Source: an uncultured Gammaproteobacteria bacterium (GTDB lineage: Bacteria; Patescibacteriota; Microgenomatia; JAMCZE01). Taken from it: a DNA stretch of 38,631 bases. Of the stretch, positions 31,888 to 37,263 are shown in pieces. Under the pieces are notes generated by a model, which was not told where the DNA came from, searched no databases, and was given only the letters and a program-made list of their open reading frames with translations. Numbering within the stretch: the stretch's first letter is position 1; each line of letters begins with the position of its first letter. The stretch spans positions 1 to 38,631 of the forward strand of contig CAYHYP010000001.1 of NCBI GenBank assembly GCA_964360925.1, given 5' to 3'. A program made the position numbers and the translations under genes.

Positions 31888-32496
31888 TTAGCCTGCAATT
31901 GGAATTCGTGGAATCAAAGACCAAATCTTAGGAAATTTTCTTATATTAGCCATTTTCGCATAAAGAGCCAATTTTTTCCGATCAATTATAGAAAAATCCA
32001 TTTCATCAAAATCTTGACCCCTCAACCCTTTATTCCCAAAATAAATATAGTCAATAAGCGCTTTTTCAGGGGAAGCAATCAGAAAATTTTTGTCTTTTTC
32101 CATTCCAAAATAAAGCGCGGGGGCAATCTGTGAATAATTAAATTCTCTCCCCTGGCACTTAAAAGTCCGCGGCTTTTTGACCGTAATTGAAGTTGTCCCG
32201 TATGGAAAACCTGTAATAATTCCATAATAAGACAAAGCTGATTCAAGAGAAACATAAGATTGTGGATAGAGGAAATTGGCAATCTCATAATCAGCCGTGG
32301 TACTGTTATTTAAAATAAATAGATACTTGCCTTTGACAAGAAATTCAATAACCCCGTCTTTTTCCAATCGCTGAATCTTCTTATATAAAGTTTGGGCGTT
32401 TTTTATGGCAAACAACCTACGGAAATCTGCCAGAGAAAAAACTGATATATTTCTTTTTTGTAAAGTTTTGATAATTTCAAGCGTAGACGTTTCCAT
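31888..32496 (-). CDS. AbiEi-family antitoxin / transcriptional regulator (apparently orphan)
   Basis: QSYVSLESALSYYGIITGFP motif. Only a 61-aa ORF (31713-31898) sits where the toxin should be. Confidence 0.7.
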   Translation of the reverse strand: METSTLEIIKTLQKRNISVFSLADFRRLFAIKNAQTLYKKIQRLEKDGVIEFLVKGKYLFILNNSTTADYEIANFLYPQSYVSLESALSYYGIITGFPYGTTSITVKKPRTFKCQGREFNYSQIAPALYFGMEKDKNFLIASPEKALIDYIYFGNKGLRGQDFDEMDFSIIDRKKLALYAKMANIRKFPKIWSLIPRIPIAG

Positions 32497-32592
32497 AATT
32501 AGGACAATTTTATACTAATTTGCAGATCGTGTCAAGAGGCTTGACATGGGTGTTCTACTTTGTTATAAACAAGTCTAGTAACGAATACTCTT

Positions 32593-32799
32593 ATGCCTGA
32601 AGCTGTTCAAAAGATATCATTAGATAACTTACCCGATCTTCTTACGGTAAAAGAAGTGGCGCAACTCTTTAGAGTTTCTGTTTTAACTATAAAACGTTGG
32701 GGTAAAAGAGGCAAGCTGGCTGCAATCCGCATCAATTCCCGTGGGGACAGAAGATACAAGAAAGACGCCGTCCTTTGGGCACTAGGAATGGGAAAGTAG
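32593..32799 (+). CDS. excisionase/MerR-type HTH (HTH_17) DNA-binding protein
   Basis: LLTVKEVAQLFRVSVLTIKRWGKRGKLAAIRI. Confidence 0.65.
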   Translation: MPEAVQKISLDNLPDLLTVKEVAQLFRVSVLTIKRWGKRGKLAAIRINSRGDRRYKKDAVLWALGMGK

Positions 32800-32816
32800 A
32801 CACAACTTCAATAAAG

Positions 32817-32866
32817 CCAATCTTCCAATATCCAATTTTTCAATTTCCAATAACCAATGACCAATT
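32817..32866. repeat. CCAAT-type heptamer tandem tract (flank of four-helix-bundle gene)
   Basis: CCAATCT TCCAATA TCCAATT TTTCAAT TTCCAAT AACCAAT GACCAAT. Confidence 0.7.
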
Positions 32867-33222
32867 TATTTTGAGGATTTTATTAGGATAGAACTAACGA
32901 TTGCTTCAATTTCCTGGCCCTCTTTTATTAACGGCTCCATACGTTTTGAATAACCTGGATTCGTAGCAGAAATCATTTTTAACCAATAATTTGTCTCCTT
33001 TGTTTCTTTTTTAACAACCGTAAAACTATTCACAAACTGTTTTTTACTAGTAGACCCGTCTGCTTCTTGACCATTTGCTCCCATGGAAGTTGCTGATCTG
33101 GAGATTTGGTTAACAAAACCTAAATTTTGAACAGTCTTTGGAAGAACTTTTGTTAAATTTACTACACGTACAACAAAATCAAATATTCTATTGTGAATGT
33201 CAAAATCAGCCATATATTTCAA
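32866..33222 (-). CDS. four-helix-bundle protein (23S rRNA IVS protein family)
   Basis: SATSMGANGQEADGSTSKKQFVNSFTVVKKETKETNYWLKMI. The track start 33222 is TTG; ATG 33213 (MADFDIHNRIFDF) is likelier. Confidence 0.85.
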   Translation of the reverse strand: MKYMADFDIHNRIFDFVVRVVNLTKVLPKTVQNLGFVNQISRSATSMGANGQEADGSTSKKQFVNSFTVVKKETKETNYWLKMISATNPGYSKRMEPLIKEGQEIEAIVSSILIKSSK

Positions 33223-33368
33223 TCAATCCAATCATCCAATTCCCAATTATTCAATATCCAATCAACCAATTTCCAATATTTCAATTGGTCATTGAGAATT
33301 GGATATTGATTAGTATTGGCTATTGGTCATTGGTTTTATTGATGTTGGTCATTAGTTGATTGATTTTG
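33223..33368. repeat. CCAAT heptamer tract switching to inverted ATTGG/TTGGTCA heptamers (long imperfect palindrome)
   Basis: CCAAT-phase repeats run to ~33284, then ATTGGTCATTGAGAATTGGATATTGATTAGTATTGGCTATTGGTCATTGG.... Overlaps the last ~10 codons of galT. Confidence 0.7.
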
Positions 33369-34457
33369 TGAAATTCCCTCTTTGTACTCCTCCGCTGCTG
33401 TTTTTGGATCTACAATATTGACCAATATCCCCGTCCCCAGTTCAAAACCGGCCCGGTGAATAAACCGCGGAATAATCCGCAAATACCAATTTTGTCCGTG
33501 ATAAATATAAAAGTTGTAAGGGATGTCTGTTTCGTCATTCTGGAGCGAAGCGATGAACGAGCTCGAGGCTTCGCCACTAGCATCTGTTTTGGAAGATCCT
33601 ATCGGGCTTTGCCCTCCAGGATGACCACGTTTAAATTTATTTACAATTGCTTTTAATATTTTTTGTAAAACTACTGCCAGATCTGAAATTTGATCGTCTG
33701 TAATATGACCAAAGGTAGATTCTATCGGTCGCTTTGCTCCCTCCAGAATGACGTCATGCTGGAGCGAAGCGATAGCATCTTCTCTTGGAGTAATCCACAC
33801 CTCATATGGCCATTCCGAATAATCCGGGCAATAAGCTGTGAACTGTGAACTTTGCATTACTACGTTTGCTACCGGTTCCCGAACAATGTTTTCCACGGAA
33901 ATTTCCGGTGGCACCACTACTACTTGTGAATGCGGATGCTCCAACGACGCCCCCGCGTGAATATCGTGATTGTTAAAAATCAAAACGGTTCCAAACCTCT
34001 TATTATAGTTATATCTCTGCCTGTAAGTCTGCAAAATCAGTTCCACTTGTTTTAAGGGCAACTCGTCAATGTCCTTCTCGTGATCGGGACTATGGATAAT
34101 AACCTCATGAAACTCCGTCAAGGGGTATTTATTTGTGATAACACGAATTAACCAGTTAGAAGATCCTATCGCCCCGCCGCGGCGGGGCTCCAGGATGACG
34201 TCATTCTGGAGGGCGGAGCCCGATAGAATCTTTTTACCAGAATAGATCCTAGCGGCAAAGCCGCGAGCTTGCTCATCACTCGCTTCGCTCGTTCCAGGAT
34301 GACGTATGACAAACACTTCCTTATTTAACCTCTCGTTTCCGGGGCAAAATGGGCAACTATTTTGTGGGTGAGCCACACTATCATGCGGCCTTGTGACCCG
34401 TGCCGGGGCAATAATTACAAACTTATTTCCTTTGATATTATGTCTAAAATTTGCCAC
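33336..34457 (-). CDS. galT: galactose-1-phosphate uridylyltransferase (HIT family) with three repeat-derived insertions
   Basis: GTG start. CPFCPGNE zinc motif, EHPHSQVVVVP (HxHxQ) active site. Confidence 0.85.
   Translation of the reverse strand: MANFRHNIKGNKFVIIAPARVTRPHDSVAHPQNSCPFCPGNERLNKEVFVIRHPGTSEASDEQARGFAARIYSGKKILSGSALQNDVILEPRRGGAIGSSNWLIRVITNKYPLTEFHEVIIHSPDHEKDIDELPLKQVELILQTYRQRYNYNKRFGTVLIFNNHDIHAGASLEHPHSQVVVVPPEISVENIVREPVANVVMQSSQFTAYCPDYSEWPYEVWITPREDAIASLQHDVILEGAKRPIESTFGHITDDQISDLAVVLQKILKAIVNKFKRGHPGGQSPIGSSKTDASGEASSSFIASLQNDETDIPYNFYIYHGQNWYLRIIPRFIHRAGFELGTGILVNIVDPKTAAEEYKEGISQNQSTNDQHQ
33534..33625. repeat. GTCAT-hairpin cluster, in frame in galT (C-terminal part)
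   Basis: gtcattctggagcgaagcgatgaacgagctcgaggcttcgccactagcatc .. gatcctatcgggctttgccctccaggatgac. Confidence 0.85.
33718..33779. repeat. rev + fwd unit pair, in frame in galT
   Basis: gattctatcggtcgctttgctccctccagaatgac-gtcatgctggagcgaagcgatagcatc. Confidence 0.85.
34162..34304. repeat. three-unit cluster, in frame in galT (N-terminal part)
   Basis: gatcctatcgccccgccgcggcggggctccaggatgac-gtcattctggagggcggagcccgatagaatc..gatcctagcggcaaagccgcgagcttgctcatcactcgcttcgctcgttccaggatgacg. Confidence 0.9.
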
Positions 34458-34504
34458 TATTTATAATCTAACATAGATAGTTGCATTTTTGTTATACTGA
34501 TTCT

Positions 34505-34581
34505 GGCGTGGGCCCGGCAGGTTTGCTAGATTGGATTGATACCCCAAATCTACGGGGCTCAACTCCCCGCGGGTCCACGCC
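34505..34581 (+). ncRNA. candidate structured RNA (77 nt, tRNA-sized, 12-bp closing stem); strand uncertain
   Basis: GGCGTGGGCCCG (34505-34516) pairs with CGGGTCCACGCC (34570-34581) with 1 mismatch. Internal hairpins GCA-GGTT-TGC and CGGGG-CTCAACT-CCCCG. No family recognised. Confidence 0.3.
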
Positions 34582-34648
34582 CAAATTTTGACTCTTGACA
34601 AAATCTGGTTTTTAAGGTAAAGTTCTTTCAAGGGTATCAATCCAATCT
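34528..34648. repeat. perfect 17-bp inverted repeat separated by 87 nt
   Basis: AGATTGGATTGATACCC (34528-34544) and GGGTATCAATCCAATCT (34632-34648). Confidence 0.8.
34595..34623 (+). promoter_or_regulatory. possible promoter TTGACA-17-TAAAGT inside the intergenic region
   Basis: TTGACA 34595-34600, TAAAGT 34618-34623. Would give a ~65-nt transcript ending at the 34673-34695 terminator. Confidence 0.3.
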
Positions 34649-34672
34649 TTATGCGAATCTGTCAGATGTACC

Positions 34673-34695
34673 AAATCCGCCTCGGCGGATTTTTT
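34673..34695. terminator. hairpin terminator, usable in both directions (better T-tract on the + strand)
   Basis: AAATCCGC-CTCG-GCGGATTT, then TTT. Lies 10 nt downstream of the stop of the minus-strand gene 34705-35103. Confidence 0.55.
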
Positions 34696-34704
34696 GGTGA
34701 CGTT

Positions 34705-35103
34705 CTATTCCTGCGTTTGGCTAAATTTTTCCCACGACCTTGCCAGGTGCATCACTTTCCAGCGGCAAGTTGAAAGAGAATTTATTTGCTCCTCAAAAAA
34801 TTCCAACTCTATATCTTTATTCTCTATATCTCTATATTGATCCAGATATACTATTAATATATTAATCCCTAACATCACATCTTCCAAAATCTCAATGGCT
34901 CTTTTTTTGTCTGAAAACCTGACACTGTGCGCCCTGGCAATTTTAACGGGCAGTTCCAATGCAATTGCCCGTAAAGACGCACAATTGTGCGTCTCTACAA
35001 TACGTTTCGCCACGGCAACAGAAACTGCCAATAATTTTTGGTAAACCTCCAAATCCTGGAAACTTTTGATCGGCCGCCTGGGTGAAAATTTTTGATATGA
35101 CAT
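34705..35103 (-). CDS. divergent four-helix-bundle-like protein
   Basis: N-terminal FQDLEVYQKLLAVSVAVAKRI resembles the family's f.dL.vwqka helix 1. The rest is diverged. Confidence 0.5.
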   Translation of the reverse strand: MSYQKFSPRRPIKSFQDLEVYQKLLAVSVAVAKRIVETHNCASLRAIALELPVKIARAHSVRFSDKKRAIEILEDVMLGINILIVYLDQYRDIENKDIELEFFEEQINSLSTCRWKVMHLARSWEKFSQTQE

Positions 35104-35114
35104 ATATTAACCGT

Positions 35115-35237
35115 GTCATTCTGGAGCCCTTTTCCGTCATGCTGGAGCGCAGCGATAGCATCTTCTTTTGTTTTTAGATAGATCCTATCGGTCGTTTCAC
35201 TCCCTCCAGGATGACGGTGTCAGGCTTCCAGGATGAC
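35115..35237. repeat. cluster spanning the 35104-35173 intergenic region and the 3' end of 35174-36811
   Basis: gtcattctggagccc.. gtcatgctggagcgcagcgatagcatc .. gatcctatcggtcgtttcactccctccaggatgac .. ttccaggatgac. Confidence 0.85.
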
Positions 35238-36811
35238 ACACTGGTTGGTCTTATACTATCAATTTTATCACTATTTTTATTGACTAAATAAGTCCCTTCG
35301 TCCGTCTCTACTTTGCGGCGGCGGATGGCTTTTTTGGGTTTATGTAAAACATGGAGAGGATAAAATTCAAAATAATCTTTTTCGTCAAACCAGGCGCATT
35401 TAAATTCAAAGAGGCGTAACCCGGTCAATCTGGATAAAGCCATAGCATACAGTGTCAATTGTTCAATCGGCCGCTCTTTTTCGGCGTTAGGTTTAAAGTC
35501 CAAAAGATGAATCATCCCGTTTCTAATTTGCACAAAATCAATATGGCCGGTAATCAATTTTGGTAATTTGTCATGCTGGAGCGTCTCTGCGTCATTCTGG
35601 AGCGAAGCGATAGAATCTATTTTTTCGTTGGAAGATCCTATCGTCCCGCTTAGCGGGACTCCAGGATGACGCTGAAATATCTCAAATCCCAGTTGGCTCT
35701 TCATATGTTCCAAATCGTCCCGCGTCAAATACACCGGCACTTCCGTGGCGACAGTGACAGAATCGTTATAAAGCATAAATTTTTGCAAAATCTCATGGCG
35801 GTTTTTTCTCTCTTTTGCCCCCTGCAAAACAAACGCCGCCAATTTTGTGGCGTAATTGGTTTTTCCCCGGACGATCATGGCTGTTTTGGAAAATGCCAGC
35901 GGCGTTTCCGAAGCCCGTTCTCCCTGGTTAAAATACTGATGTGGACACTCCCCCGGCACCATTTCCAAAAACTCCACCAGCGGAGTAAAAAGCCGGTGAT
36001 GGAAATTTTCCTGCATAATAAGCCTGCATTTTGCCCGGTGAAATCTGAATCTGTAAAGTTGCCGGTGCGCCAAAGTGGCGGTGATTATCATGTCTGTTGG
36101 TTTATATTTTTGCATGGCAAAATCCCGCATTCTTAAAAACGGCAAATCGTCTTTAAATTCCGTGATCCAACTTGATAAAGTTGATGGATTTATTGATAAC
36201 GTGTCATGCTGGAGTGTCCCCCCTGCGTCATTCTGGAGGGCGGAGCCCGATAGAATCTTTTTACCAGAATAGATCCTAGCGGCAAAGCCGCGAGCTTGCT
36301 CATCGCTCGTTTCACTCGCTCCAGGATGACGAACGGCAGGGCTCCAGGATGACGCATGGGCGTTCACCCTCCTACAACTCTCCTCCAGCGAATATCCCAA
36401 ATTATAAAGTGAAATGGCGTCAAAAATGGTAGCCAGAGGATAATGTTTTCCGGAAACGGAATGCGGAGTAAAAGTTTTGTGACAATCTTTGCAAATATAA
36501 AGTTGTACATTCTCCCGTTTTTTAATCCGCAGTCCCCGTCTGACAAAATTTTTATTTAAACAATACGGGCAACAAAATGTGTCAACAATAGGTCTAATTG
36601 TCATCCCAGACAAGCTGGGAGATGCCGGATCGAGTCCGGCATGACACAGTGTCATTCCGGCCTCCGAGCCGGAATCTATACTCGTGTCATCCTGACGAAT
36701 GTCAGGATCTCTCAACTTGTTTGAGTCACTCGCATTCGCGAGAGATCCCGAAACAAGTTCGGGATGACGCTTATTCAATAATTTTTTAATCCCTTCAAAC
36801 ATATTTTTCAT
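35174..36811 (-). CDS. Zn-ribbon + PD-(D/E)XK-nuclease-like protein, heavily invaded by hairpin repeats
   Basis: CCPYCLNKNFV..YICKDCHKTF zinc ribbon. C-terminal GHIDFVQ..IHLLDFKPN resembles a D...(D/E)xK nuclease motif. Four repeat clusters. Alternative start ATG 36604. Confidence 0.55.
   Translation of the reverse strand: MKNMFEGIKKLLNKRHPELVSGSLANASDSNKLRDPDIRQDDTSIDSGSEAGMTLCHAGLDPASPSLSGMTIRPIVDTFCCPYCLNKNFVRRGLRIKKRENVQLYICKDCHKTFTPHSVSGKHYPLATIFDAISLYNLGYSLEESCRRVNAHASSWSPAVRHPGASETSDEQARGFAARIYSGKKILSGSALQNDAGGTLQHDTLSINPSTLSSWITEFKDDLPFLRMRDFAMQKYKPTDMIITATLAHRQLYRFRFHRAKCRLIMQENFHHRLFTPLVEFLEMVPGECPHQYFNQGERASETPLAFSKTAMIVRGKTNYATKLAAFVLQGAKERKNRHEILQKFMLYNDSVTVATEVPVYLTRDDLEHMKSQLGFEIFQRHPGVPLSGTIGSSNEKIDSIASLQNDAETLQHDKLPKLITGHIDFVQIRNGMIHLLDFKPNAEKERPIEQLTLYAMALSRLTGLRLFEFKCAWFDEKDYFEFYPLHVLHKPKKAIRRRKVETDEGTYLVNKNSDKIDSIRPTSVSSWKPDTVILEGVKRPIGSI
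35570..35671. repeat. cluster in frame in 35174-36811
   Basis: gtcatgctggagcgtctctgc-gtcattctggagcgaagcgatagaatc..gatcctatcgtcccgcttagcgggactccaggatgacg. Confidence 0.85.
36203..36354. repeat. cluster in frame in 35174-36811
   Basis: Same unit series as 34200-34304, plus flanking partial units. Confidence 0.9.
36600..36769. repeat. cluster including composite element copy C, at the 5' end of 35174-36811
   Basis: gtcatcccagacaagctgggagatgccggatcgagtccggcatgac..gtcattccggcctccgagccggaatc..copy C (36686-36769). Confidence 0.9.
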
Positions 36812-37059
36812 TTTCTTCCAGATTTCTACTCTTTTCTTTAAAAATTATTTAAATTTGTTTTTTATAATTCGTTTTGTTCTCTTTCTTGCTCATCCAAGAA
36901 AGCGAACCGAAAGAAAGATGCCCGGTGCTCACGGTTCTGAAAATCCTCTTTTCGTTCTTGAGGAACCTTCCCACGCCTACGGCGGGGTATACCTCTACGA
37001 ACTCAAGGTGTATTTTCTTTCACCTTACCGCAATCGGGTTCAATGGAAAATTCATATTC

Positions 37060-37106
37060 GTCATTCTGGAGCCCGGAGGGCGATAGAATCTTTTTACCAG
37101 GATGAC
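37060..37106. repeat. intergenic unit plus partial unit
   Basis: gtcattctggagcccggagggcgatagaatctttttaccaggatgacg. Confidence 0.85.
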
Positions 37107-37237
37107 GGCTCAACAATAATCTAACTTTTTCAAACATATTTGTTATGTTAAACTAAATATATTGTTGGACAAAATTGTTTATTAATGATAGTATTTCCAT
37201 ACGGTTATCAAGCGTGAGGGAATTTGAACTCACACAG

Positions 37238-37263
37238 AAAAAGCTCTCGCAAGAGAGCTTTTT
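37238..37263 (-). terminator. rho-independent terminator of the tail-fibre-like gene
   Basis: AAAAAGCTCTC-GCAA-GAGAGCTTTTT, immediately after the stop at 37263-37265. Confidence 0.7.

Noticed and set aside
35115-36769. Could the regularly recurring hairpins be a CRISPR array?
   Set aside because: The units are heterogeneous in sequence and orientation, and spacing is irregular (0 to >300 nt). They lie inside ORFs that stay open, and no cas genes are present.
36985-37045. 5S rRNA-like string ACGAACTCAAGGTG (compare CCGAACTCAGAAGTGAAAC).
   Set aside because: There is no complementary 5'/3' helix I and no loop E region, and the flanks do not fold as 5S.
36855-37124. 89-aa ORF in the spacer upstream of the Zn-ribbon gene.
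   Set aside because: Its C-terminus is a translated repeat unit, it has no RBS, and it lies opposite to both neighbours. Treated as non-coding.
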